This document shows positions 10,168 through 18,601 of a stretch of 43,774 nt of DNA, one piece after another. Each line of letters starts with the position of its first letter. Position 1 is the stretch's first letter. The notes beneath the pieces were generated by a model. It was not told the origin of the DNA. It saw nothing but the letters and a program-made list of their open reading frames with translations, and did no database searches. The position numbers and the translations under genes were made by a program. Origin of the DNA: Hormoscilla sp. (GTDB taxonomy: Bacteria > Cyanobacteriota > Cyanobacteriia > Cyanobacteriales > Desertifilaceae); assembly GCA_051439505.1 (NCBI GenBank), contig JBFRWI010000183.1, forward strand, positions 1 to 43,774. Direction: 5' to 3'.

Positions 10168-10242
10168 TACCCCTGGCAGGATTTGAACCTGCAAAAACGC
10201 TTAACCTGAGTAAGCGATGTCTGCCAATTGCATCACAGGGGT
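10168..10242 (-). tRNA. trnL: tRNA-Leu(CAG) with short variable region
   Basis: GCUUA-CUCAGGU-UAAGC anticodon arm and Leu-type D arm, but no long variable arm. Confidence 0.8.
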
Positions 10243-10245
10243 ATA

Positions 10246-10319
10246 TCGGGATGGCAGGATTTGAACCTGCGACATCTTGCTCCCAAAGCAAGCGCGCTAC
10301 CAAACTGCGCTACATCCCG
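10246..10319 (-). tRNA. trnP: tRNA-Pro(TGG)
   Basis: Canonical cloverleaf; CUUGC-UUUGGGA-GCAAG. Confidence 0.95.
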
Positions 10320-10356
10320 TTGGTGCTCCTGGTGGAAGTACACCACGCTCTCAAAG

Positions 10357-10447
10357 CGGAGAGGGAGGGATTTGAACCCTCGACGGTTTTTTTTTAAACC
10401 GCTCTTTCTTAGCAGGAAAGCGCCTTCAACCACTCGGCCACCTCTCC
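10357..10447 (-). tRNA. trnS: tRNA-Ser(GCT)
   Basis: CUUUC-CUGCUAA-GAAAG, long variable arm, G73. Confidence 0.93.
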
Positions 10448-10451
10448 AAAA

Positions 10452-10533
10452 TGGGCCAGGTAGGATTCGCACCTACAACGCATCAAGCGGGGGTTTTACA
10501 GACCCTTGCCCACGCTAATAGGCGGGCTGACCC
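10452..10533 (-). tRNA. trnY: atypical or pseudo tRNA-Tyr(GTA)
   Basis: Acceptor GGGUCAG/CUGGCCC, loop CUGUAAA and variable arm present. D arm is aberrant and the T loop is UGCGAAU. Confidence 0.6.
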
Positions 10534-10612
10534 AAAAATTTTGCCCTCAATGAAAGCTAATATCATATGCCAAGCTTCGAGGCTCCGGTGCCGAAGCGTT
10601 GTTATTTGCCAT

Positions 10613-11209
10613 TTACATGTTGTAGGAACGGTCAAACGCCCGTTCAACAAAGTTACGAATCTCATCATAAGACGGGCTTGGTCTCAAATCACGATTGCGA
10701 TCATTAGATTCAACAATCATTTGTCTGATATTTGCCATTTGTTCCGATCTGTCAAATACGTTTTGAAGGATGCCATTGGTAAAGATTAGTTCAATTACAT
10801 TTTTGTATTTCCATGGACTGTGGAATCCCATATGAACATATAATTCTCGAATGAATCCGTCTGCGATCAACAACCCGCCACTATATTCTAGATGGTAATT
10901 CAGACCCTTGTAATGATTATTGAAGTGGAATTCTTCTCTTGCGTCAGTGGGGGTGATTCCTTTTATGACAGGACCTTGCTTGCGTTGGAAACTCTTCTCA
11001 TCTTCTAGGAGATGCACATAAAGAGTGTCAAGAACTAAGTGTGAATTGGAAATGGCAAAAACTGCAATATAACCACGCCAACACGCAGAAGAGGGCCCTG
11101 TTGGTTTCAGTTCAAAAATAGCGGGATCGAAGAGTTCGCCTTCACTGATCCCAGCCAACGAATACTCGATGCCACGATATTGAAATATGTCGTCCATTTG
11201 GGCTGTCAT
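10613..11209 (-). CDS. hypothetical protein embedded in the tRNA array
   Basis: 198-aa ORF with AGGAGG RBS, co-oriented with the tRNAs. Confidence 0.8.
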   Translation of the reverse strand: MTAQMDDIFQYRGIEYSLAGISEGELFDPAIFELKPTGPSSACWRGYIAVFAISNSHLVLDTLYVHLLEDEKSFQRKQGPVIKGITPTDAREEFHFNNHYKGLNYHLEYSGGLLIADGFIRELYVHMGFHSPWKYKNVIELIFTNGILQNVFDRSEQMANIRQMIVESNDRNRDLRPSPSYDEIRNFVERAFDRSYNM

Positions 11210-11267
11210 TTCAGTACCTCCTATCTCCAGGATTTAAGTCTCTTATCACGTTAATAAAATAGTATAA

Positions 11268-11340
11268 CAGCCCCAACGGGAATCGAACCCGTGTCTTCTG
11301 ATCGAAAGTCAGAAATCCTTGACCGCTAGACGATGGGGCC
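11268..11340 (-). tRNA. trnE: tRNA-Glu(TTC)
   Basis: UCUGA-CUUUCGA-UCAGA; T arm ACGGG-UUCGAUU-CCCGU. Confidence 0.9.
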
Positions 11341-11343
11341 ATT

Positions 11344-11418
11344 TGGCGCGGGGATTAGGATTTGAACCTAAAATTCCAGTTTTGGAGACTGGAGTGTTGC
11401 CAATTACACCATCCCCAC
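11344..11418 (-). tRNA. trnW: tRNA-Trp(CCA)
   Basis: CCAGU-CUCCAAA-ACUGG; G73; CCA encoded. Confidence 0.9.
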
Positions 11419-11419
11419 A

Positions 11420-11524
11420 TTAAGCAATTCAAAATTCAAAATTAAAAATTAAAAATTCCGGAAACTATTGATAGCAAGGGTTTCGGCGTTTTGGCCTATG
11501 CAATTTAAATGGGCGACAGCTTAG
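11420..11524. mobile_element. ~105-bp MITE-like element with AATTCAA heptamers
   Basis: TAAGC...GCTTAG termini. Near-copy at 15904-16007 and partial copies near 8735, 10117, 4495 and 175. Confidence 0.65.
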
Positions 11525-11597
11525 TGGCAGCGGCGGGACTCGAACCCGCATCGACCAAGTTATGAGCTTGGTGCTTTGACCATTAAGCTACGCTGCT
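11525..11597 (-). tRNA. tRNA(CAT), Met or Ile2
   Basis: CCAAG-CUCAUAA-CUUGG. A1:C72 mismatch, but lacks the initiator GGG/CCC pairs. Confidence 0.85.
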
Positions 11598-11607
11598 ACA
11601 TCGCCAG

Positions 11608-11679
11608 AGGGGAGAGCGGGAGTCGAACCCGCGATTTTCCGCTTTGCAGGCGGACGCCTTACCACTTGGCTATCTCCCC
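11608..11679 (-). tRNA. trnC: tRNA-Cys(GCA)
   Basis: UCCGC-CUGCAAA-GCGGA; U73. Confidence 0.93.
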
Positions 11680-11756
11680 TGGGAGTCCCGACGAGATTTG
11701 AACTCGCATCTTCACCTTGAGGGGGTGACGGCTTAAGCCAATTTGCCTACGGGACT
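11680..11756 (-). tRNA. trnE: tRNA-Glu(CTC)
   Basis: UCACC-CCCUCAA-GGUGA; CCA encoded; unusual C33 and C73. Confidence 0.8.
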
Positions 11757-11762
11757 TCGGGA

Positions 11763-11837
11763 CGAGGCTGACGGGATTTGAACCCGCGACTTCCTGTTCG
11801 ACAGACAGGCGCTCTAGACCAACTGAGCTACAGCCCC
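11763..11837 (-). tRNA. trnD: tRNA-Asp(GTC)
   Basis: CCUGU-CUGUCGA-ACAGG; G73. Confidence 0.93.
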
Positions 11838-11846
11838 AAAAAAGAC

Positions 11847-11934
11847 TATTAAGTTTTCAAGGTACGGTTGGCTTGGGGTGGAGCTTTGAAGCTCTTCTTC
11901 CCTCGCTCTATTAATGTAATACATATATACTACA
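11847..11934 (-). promoter_or_regulatory. proximal copy of the tRNA-array leader (hairpin plus boxA-like) with TAATACA-N4-TACTACA operator
   Basis: Near-identical to 12078-12136. Confidence 0.65.
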
Positions 11935-12077
11935 ATAATTCCTGAAAGTCTGAAAAACTTTTTTGGGATTGGCTGTTGTCCAGGCGATCGCCGGTCCTAG
12001 AGGAATGCGATCGCCGGTCCCTGGGCAGGCACTCCGCCTACCTATGGGATTTTATGAACTACAACCGAGGGAAAAAT

Positions 12078-12174
12078 TATTCAGTTTTCAAGGTACAGTT
12101 GGCTTGGGGTGGAGCTTTGAGGCTTTTCACCCTCGCCATATTAATATACTACATGAATAATACATAAGTGTCAA
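12078..12174 (-). promoter_or_regulatory. tRNA-array promoter and leader with boxA-like ACCTTGAAAACTGAATA
   Basis: TTGACA (12174-12169), 17 bp, TAGTAT (12151-12146). TACTACA-N4-TAATACA overlaps it. Confidence 0.8.
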
Positions 12175-12390
12175 GGGTTTGCCGAAAAATTTTTGGGGCT
12201 CGCCGCAGGCGGATGCGATCGCCTGGGCCACGGGAGTTGGGCACGAGGCCGAGCGTCCGAGAACCGGCGACTTCCTGTGGGGCAGAGGGTGCTGTTCAGG
12301 GAAAATGGTGAATATGGTGAGTGGTTCATCGCAATTCACCATTGGCAATAGCGCTACGCGCACTACGTATAAGCAATTAGCAACGAACAC

Positions 12391-13083
12391 ATGAAAATTA
12401 ATGCCGACTTAAGTCAACGGGCCGTGGTCTACAGCGAGGAACTGCCGTGGGTGAATTCCCCAGCACCAGGAGTGCAGCGGCGGATGCTGGAACGGGATGG
12501 AGAAGAAATCGCTCGCGCTACCACCATTACCCGTTTTGCCCCCAATAGTTCTGTTCCCATGCATTCCCACGGTGGCGGCGAAGAATTCTTGGTTTTGTCA
12601 GGGGTTTTCTCTGACGAACATGGCGATCATGGTCCTGGAACCTATATCCGCAACCCAGTTGGCTCTCAACATACTCCCTATAGCAAAGAGGGCTGTATTA
12701 TCTTTGTTAAACTCTGTCAAATGTCCCCTGATGACCAAAATTATGTTTGCATCGATACTAACCAGGCAGCTTGGGAACCTGGCCCGATTTTTCGGGCCGT
12801 CCGCGGACCGATCGCAGGTCTAAAAGTAATGCCATTGCATCGCTTTGGTACGGAACGAGTAGTTCTGATCCAGTGGGAAGCGGGAATACATTTTCCTCAT
12901 CATACCCATGAGGATGGATCGGAAGTCTTAGTTTTGGAAGGAGTTTTGGAAGATGAGCATGGTAGCTATCCCAAAGGCACTTGGTTGAGGCATCCTGTGG
13001 GCAGCAGTCACGCAGCTTTCAGTCCTTCGGGCTGTTTACTTTACGGTAAAGGCGGTCACTTGCTGCCCGACCTCAAGCAATAA
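12391..13083 (+). CDS. ChrR-like tandem cupin domain protein
   Basis: Two repeats of HxHxxGxE(F/V)LVLxGVxxDEHG...GTxxRxPVGSxH. Confidence 0.9.
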   Translation: MKINADLSQRAVVYSEELPWVNSPAPGVQRRMLERDGEEIARATTITRFAPNSSVPMHSHGGGEEFLVLSGVFSDEHGDHGPGTYIRNPVGSQHTPYSKEGCIIFVKLCQMSPDDQNYVCIDTNQAAWEPGPIFRAVRGPIAGLKVMPLHRFGTERVVLIQWEAGIHFPHHTHEDGSEVLVLEGVLEDEHGSYPKGTWLRHPVGSSHAAFSPSGCLLYGKGGHLLPDLKQ

Positions 13084-13255
13084 CCCCCGGGTTCCCAGGC
13101 GGGATCCTGGGAACGAGAGCTAATTATTTGTGGCTTTGCACAAACAAAAATAATCTAAAATAGAGGATTGAGTTAATCTAAGTAAATTCCGATGGCAGCG
13201 AACGAAACCCAACCTACGACTCGTGATTAATTAATTGTTTGGAGAAATTAAAAAG

Positions 13256-14335
13256 ATGAATAGGATCAATGGCTTGTCATTATTACCAGGAGATATTGGG
13301 GATATCGAGACCAAGGCGGTACTCAAAAAGTTAATTACTGCTCATCAGGCGTTAGCAGAACTCAAAGGGGTGGCTAATAGTATTCCCAATCAGGAAATTT
13401 TAATTAACACATTATCCTTGCAGGAAGCTAAAGATAGTTCGGCGATCGAGAACATTATTACTACCCAAGATGATTTATATCGTAGTGACAGTCAGGTTGA
13501 GCAGTTCGTGACAGTTGCTGCTAAAGAAGTACATAACTATGCCACGGCCCTACGTGAGGGGTTTAAGCAGGTTCAAAAAACGGGATTATTAACGGAACGT
13601 CAGATATTAGAAATTCACGCTAGGATCGAGGGAAATAACGCGGGTTTCCGCAAGCTTCCGGGTACTACCCTAAAAAACGATGCCACGGGGGAGGTGGTTT
13701 ATACACCGCCACAAAGTTATGAAGAGATTAAAACTTTGATAGCTAATTTGGAAAAATTCATTAATGATGACAGGCTTTGTGATTGGGACCCATTGACGAA
13801 AATGGCGGTAATTCACCATCAGTTTGAGAGTATCCATCCATTTTACGACGGAAATGGTAGAACAGGGCGAATTATTAATGTTTTGTACTTAGTCAAACAA
13901 AATTTACTGAAAACTCCTGTACTTTATTTAAGTCGTTATATTAATCAAACAAAAACACAATATTATGACTTGCTGCAATTTACTCGGCAAACGATAGATT
14001 GGGAACCTTGGGTAATCTATATCTTAGAAGGAGTTGAAGCAACTTCGCGAAAAACAGTTGAGTTTATTGAAGGAATTAAAGTGCTGATGCTGTCCCACAA
14101 GCATTTCATGCGGAATGAACTACCTAAGGTATACAGTCAAGATTTACTCAATAATTTGTTTAGGCATCCTTACACTAAGATTGACTTCGTCCAGAATGAG
14201 TTGAGAGTGAGTCGGGCGACAGCAACAAAATATTTGGAGGAGTTGGTGAGAATAGGTTTACTAGAAAAGCTCAAGATGGGACGTGAAAATTACTATATTA
14301 ATGTTGCTTTATACAACCTGTTAGCGGGACTTTAA
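13256..14335 (+). CDS. Fic-family protein with C-terminal HTH
   Basis: HPFYDGNGRTGR catalytic motif; EAKDSSAIEN inhibitory motif. Confidence 0.92.
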   Translation: MNRINGLSLLPGDIGDIETKAVLKKLITAHQALAELKGVANSIPNQEILINTLSLQEAKDSSAIENIITTQDDLYRSDSQVEQFVTVAAKEVHNYATALREGFKQVQKTGLLTERQILEIHARIEGNNAGFRKLPGTTLKNDATGEVVYTPPQSYEEIKTLIANLEKFINDDRLCDWDPLTKMAVIHHQFESIHPFYDGNGRTGRIINVLYLVKQNLLKTPVLYLSRYINQTKTQYYDLLQFTRQTIDWEPWVIYILEGVEATSRKTVEFIEGIKVLMLSHKHFMRNELPKVYSQDLLNNLFRHPYTKIDFVQNELRVSRATATKYLEELVRIGLLEKLKMGRENYYINVALYNLLAGL

Positions 14336-14820
14336 GCTGTCGGGTGGGCACCTCCCACCCGCAGCAGGCTGTAACCATACTGAGTTAGAGGGCTACCGGT
14401 CCGGGGTCGCTGGACTACCGGTGAAATCCCCGGCGCAAAAGTGAGATTTACCCAGTCCCGTTAGGGAATATGTATAGAAAATGGATAAAATCTATGCATA
14501 TCGGAAAAACATGTATAGAAAATGGCGTTTTCTATACATGTTGCCGCACTGAATCAATAATATTAATCTTAAAATATAATTCCAATATATAGGATAGCAT
14601 ATTAAGTTATAGATGTATCGCACTTATACCCACCGAGATAGTCAAAGAAACCCAGTTTTTCAACTTCCACCCGAATTTTTTATGGGTTCTCACCGCGCAA
14701 TTTGTAGTGATTTTAAGCGGTTTTATGAGGTCTAGACTGAAGCACCGGATTTTCTGAAACAGCTTGTTTGCAGTTTTTATCGCCATGCTATACTAGAGGT
14801 ATATAGCTGGACGGGTTATA

Positions 14821-15888
14821 ATGAGTCTAATCTCACATTCAGGCGATCGCACTTATCGGGAGTTCCTACAAGATATGAAAACCCAGGTAGTTCAAAGTCG
14901 GATTGAAGCGGCGCGATCGGTCAATCGATCGCTCATCGGATTGTATTTGTCTTTGGGGCAGTTGATTGTGGAGCGGCAGGAGGCATTAGGATGGGGTAAG
15001 GCAGTGGTAGAACGGCTATCGGCTGACCTCAAGGCTGAATTTCCAGAAATGAAGAGCTTTTCGCCGCGCAATTTGTGGTTCATTAAGCAGTTTTATGAGA
15101 CCTATGCTGAAGCACCGGAATTTCTGAAACAGCTTGTTTCAGAAATTCCTTGGGGCCACAATATTCTGATTATGCAGCGGATTAAGGATGAGGCGGCCCG
15201 CCGCTATTATCTGGAAGCGACTGCTCGGTTAGGCTGGACGCGCAACGTGCTGCTCAACCAAATTAAGGCCGGTGCTTATGAGGTGAGCCGGCAAGAGAAA
15301 AGCCATAACTTTTCGACAGCTTTACCGGAATATTTGGCAGATCAAGCAGAGGAAATTCTCAAGAACCAGTACAGTTTAGAGTTTTTGGGCTTGACGCAAG
15401 CGGTGCGCGAGCAGGAGTTGGAGCGAAACTTGATTGCTAGACTCAAGGATTTTTTGATAGAGTTGGGTTATGGGTTTTGTTTTATTGGCAGTCAGTATCG
15501 GCTCACCTTGGGAGAGAACGAATATTTTCTGGATCTGCTGTTTTACCACCGCTTTTTGAAGTGCTTGGTGGCGATCGATCTGAAAACCGGACGCTTTCGC
15601 CCGGAGTATGCGGGGAAGATGGATTTTTATCTGGAGGTGTTGAATGACAAAGAACGCGCCCCCGATGATAATCCTTCCATTGGAATTATTCTCTGTGCCG
15701 AGAAGGACCGGCTGGAGGTAGAGTTTAGCCTGAAGTCCAAGACAAACCCGATCGGGGTAGCAACTTATCAGCTTTACCCGCAGGTGCCGTCAGAATATCA
15801 GGGACTATTGCCAACGGATTCTGATTGGCAGCTATTTAAGAAGTCCGCGTTGCCGTCCGATTTTTCCGGAACGGTGGAGGATAATTGA
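14821..15888 (+). CDS. DUF1016 / YhcG-family PD-(D/E)XK nuclease
   Basis: WGKAVVERLSADL, IPWGHN, FLIELGYGFCFIGSQY, DLLFYH...AIDLK...GKMDFY. Confidence 0.92.
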   Translation: MSLISHSGDRTYREFLQDMKTQVVQSRIEAARSVNRSLIGLYLSLGQLIVERQEALGWGKAVVERLSADLKAEFPEMKSFSPRNLWFIKQFYETYAEAPEFLKQLVSEIPWGHNILIMQRIKDEAARRYYLEATARLGWTRNVLLNQIKAGAYEVSRQEKSHNFSTALPEYLADQAEEILKNQYSLEFLGLTQAVREQELERNLIARLKDFLIELGYGFCFIGSQYRLTLGENEYFLDLLFYHRFLKCLVAIDLKTGRFRPEYAGKMDFYLEVLNDKERAPDDNPSIGIILCAEKDRLEVEFSLKSKTNPIGVATYQLYPQVPSEYQGLLPTDSDWQLFKKSALPSDFSGTVEDN

Positions 15889-16082
15889 GAAATTATGACA
15901 CCACTAAGCAATTCAAAATTCAAAATTCAGAATTCAAAATAGGGAAAGTCCCTGAGAACAAGGATCTCAGGCGTAGCCCTATGCAATTTAAATGCACGAC
16001 AGCTTAGAGTTAAGAGAAAAAGGCTATCATATTTTAGTTATTAGTTAGCTATTTAGCTTTTTACAACAGATGGGATGGGGGC

Positions 16083-16475
16083 ATGGTGACTATACCAAAA
16101 TATTACGATAAAATGTCAGAACTGCTGGATGCCTTAATCGCACAGCGCCGGCAACAGGCGATCGACTATCACGAGTATCTGGAGAAAGTCAAGCAACTGG
16201 CCCAACAGATCCTGGAACCTCATGAAAATTCCTCCGCCTATCCCGAATCCCTGGATACCGCCGGCAAGCGATCGCTCTATGATAACTTAGGAAAAGATGA
16301 AGATTTGGCCCTTGCGATCGATCGGGCTGTACGCTATACTAAAAAAGAAGGTTGGATCGGCAATCGTTTCAAAGAACGGGAACTGGAAATCGAAATCAAG
16401 AAATCCCTGGGCGATCGCTCACTTAATGTCAAAGAGATCCTAGAGATAGTCAAAAACAAAGATGAATATAAATAA
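16083..16475 (+). pseudogene. hsdR: C-terminal fragment of type I restriction subunit HsdR
   Basis: PKYYDKMSELLDALIAQRRQQAIDY...SLYDNLGKDEDLALAID...WIGNRFKE resembles HsdR C-termini. Overlaps the M48 gene, as in type I loci. Confidence 0.65.
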
Positions 16476-17181
16476 ATTAACAGCCGAAACCCAGATATTA
16501 GTAGGTGGCATATCCATACAATTACTGCGCAAATCAATCAAAACCTTACGCATTGTAGTATATCCCCCCGACGGTCGCGTTCGCGTTTCCGCCCCTTGGC
16601 ACTTAACCGATGAAGACATCAGTTTGGCGATCGTTTCCCGGATTTCCTGGATTAAAGAGAAACAAGCAAAATTTCAAGCGATGCCCCGCGTGCAGAAGCG
16701 CGAAATGGTAACGGGTGAAACTCATTATGTTTTTGGTAGGGAGTATCAATTGGAAGTTAGAGAACGTCGCGGTCGTCACGAAATACTGCTTTCAGAGGGC
16801 AACATCCTACAGCTTTTTGTAAGTCCCGGCACCTCCACCGAAAAACGCTCAAAAGTGTTAACTAAATGGTATCGGGATCAACTCAAAGGGAAAATTATCG
16901 ATTTACTCAACAAATGGCAACCAATTATTGGCAAGCAAGTGAATGATTGGGGCATCAAGAAGATGAAAACAAAATGGGGAAGCTGCAATATCACCCAGGG
17001 TCGCATCTGGTTAAACTTGGAACTTGCTAAGAAACCAATTGAATGCCTTGAGTATGTCTTAGTACATGAGTTAGTACATCTTTGGGAAAGATATCATAAC
17101 GAAAAGTTCAGAGCATACATGGATAAATATTTACCACAGTGGCAGGAATATAGTGATATTTTGGATCGCGAACCATTGTAA
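16462..17181 (+). CDS. M48/DUF45 (YgjP-like) metallohydrolase
   Basis: MKTKWGSCN...LEYVLVHELVHL...H motif. Confidence 0.9.
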   Translation: MNINKLTAETQILVGGISIQLLRKSIKTLRIVVYPPDGRVRVSAPWHLTDEDISLAIVSRISWIKEKQAKFQAMPRVQKREMVTGETHYVFGREYQLEVRERRGRHEILLSEGNILQLFVSPGTSTEKRSKVLTKWYRDQLKGKIIDLLNKWQPIIGKQVNDWGIKKMKTKWGSCNITQGRIWLNLELAKKPIECLEYVLVHELVHLWERYHNEKFRAYMDKYLPQWQEYSDILDREPL

Positions 17182-17278
17182 TGCTCCCTCGACCACACCC
17201 GCGTTAAATTAAGAAACCCGGTCTTCTATAAAAACCGGGTTTCTGAGCTATCAGATGCTCTCCCTATATTTCCTCAGC

Positions 17279-17656
17279 TCAGTCCTTCATCGCCGAAACA
17301 TAAGCAAGAGATTCCTGCCAGAGATTGAACAGTAAAAACTCCGCCCGATCGCCCATTTCGAGGACAAAGACACCTTCTTCGCCCTGGGCCTCGGAGGCGA
17401 TCCAAGTTCCTTTCAGGCTAACTTCGATGTAGTCAGCATCGCACAGGTCAAGGGCGATCGCCTCGGCACGCTCAACTTGCAACTTAGACAGGTAAGGCAA
17501 ATCAATTGGCAGCAAGAAGGAAGCGGTGCTGATTTCGATATTAAAGGTTACACCCGCTTGCCGCGCCAGCATTACTCGTGTCTCGACCCAATCTTCCAGA
17601 GGTTGAGCCAGACGCTCCATCTTAAAATCGTTTTCAATATAAGTCAGTTTCAACAT
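17279..17656 (-). CDS. Alr0857-family cyanobacterial protein
   Basis: MLKLTYIE...LEDWV..RV.LA...STASFLLP.DLP...LKGTWIA...EEGVFV recognised from memory. Start at ATG 17656. Confidence 0.75.
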   Translation of the reverse strand: MLKLTYIENDFKMERLAQPLEDWVETRVMLARQAGVTFNIEISTASFLLPIDLPYLSKLQVERAEAIALDLCDADYIEVSLKGTWIASEAQGEEGVFVLEMGDRAEFLLFNLWQESLAYVSAMKD

Positions 17657-17669
17657 TGCCGGTAGCCTC

Positions 17670-18203
17670 CTACTCCAGGATTTTTGTCTGTTCGCGCCAG
17701 AACTGTTCTGCAAAAGCAACAGCTGGATGAAGAGGCGCTTTTGGTTGAGTGCGTAGTGGCATTTTTGCCTCTGCTGGAGTGCGATCGCCCTTCCGAGAAT
17801 TGCACACTTGGCAAGCAGTTACTACATTATCCCAACTGTGTTTTCCACCTCGCGATCGGGGGATGATATGGTCCAGGGTTAGCTGCTTGGTACTACCACA
17901 GTACTGGCAGGTTTGCTTGTCACGTCGCAATACTTCTCGCCGGCTCACTGGCGGCACTTTCCAGATCCGTTCCGAACTGGCGAAGGTCAAACGGATATGT
18001 TCTGGTACTAGTAGTACCAAGCTGGGCGAACGTACTTGCCATCCGGTGTTACTGGCGATATCCAGGGGTTCCGCTTTTCCGGTCACCAAGAGGGCGATCG
18101 CCCGCTTGATATTCACCCGACTCACCGGCAGATAATTCTGGGAAAACACCACTACCGATCGGCTTAAAACATTAGTTGCGCTGGTCACGGCTTGACTCCT
18201 CAT
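17670..18203 (-). CDS. HNH endonuclease
   Basis: RRDKQTCQYCG...LTLDHIIPRSRGG...WDNVVTACQVCNSRKG. Confidence 0.92.
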   Translation of the reverse strand: MRSQAVTSATNVLSRSVVVFSQNYLPVSRVNIKRAIALLVTGKAEPLDIASNTGWQVRSPSLVLLVPEHIRLTFASSERIWKVPPVSRREVLRRDKQTCQYCGSTKQLTLDHIIPRSRGGKHSWDNVVTACQVCNSRKGDRTPAEAKMPLRTQPKAPLHPAVAFAEQFWREQTKILE

Positions 18204-18240
18204 AAAACAGCCCCCGCTTCAGTTGGTAGGAAGCGGGGGC
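18204..18240 (-). terminator. intrinsic terminator-like hairpin abutting the HNH start codon (attenuator)
   Basis: GCCCCCGCUUC/GAAGCGGGGGC 11-bp stem followed by UGUUUU-AUG. Confidence 0.7.
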
Positions 18241-18270
18241 GTGGAAAACTTTTAGGGTTTTCTGGTCCTA

Positions 18271-18507
18271 TTACGGTACAGTTTTCAGCCCGTACCTCCC
18301 GCTTCCTGTATATCTCCGCGAATCTGCTGATGGCAGATTTTTGCCAATTTGGCCCAAATGTCCCGTCTCTGTGACCTGTTCTAGCCATAGATAACCGCCC
18401 TTACATATATACTCCCAGCCCATAGCCGCTGATTGCCCACCGCCGGGGCGACCGGCGTCAGAGGCGGCATAGAAGGGGGTATTGGATAAGGTGGATATAT
18501 GGATCAC
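18271..18507 (-). CDS. putative leader peptide (78 aa)
   Basis: Lies between the TAGTAT promoter motif at ~18550 and the terminator; contains a sequence complementary to the terminator 5' arm. Confidence 0.5.
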   Translation of the reverse strand: MIHISTLSNTPFYAASDAGRPGGGQSAAMGWEYICKGGYLWLEQVTETGHLGQIGKNLPSADSRRYTGSGRYGLKTVP

Positions 18508-18601
18508 AGGAATAATTTTTGAAAGCGACTACTTGAACTAGACTTTTCTATACTACACTAAGATTACAGATTAATCCACTTATTTTGGAGAAAAAAAAAT
18601 C

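Noticed and set aside
10228..10789. Several short ORFs in the ORF track
   Set aside because: They overlap clear tRNA genes or lie antisense to the 10613-11209 gene.
14468..14541. TGTATAGAAAATGG direct repeat and CATGTATAGAAAA/TTTTCTATACATG palindrome after the fic gene
   Set aside because: Plausible operator or hairpin, but no gene or regulator can be tied to it from the sequence alone.
18200..18388. Alternative 62-aa leader ORF
   Set aside because: Runs through the terminator hairpin. The 18271-18507 frame fits the promoter and attenuator geometry better, though this one cannot be fully excluded.
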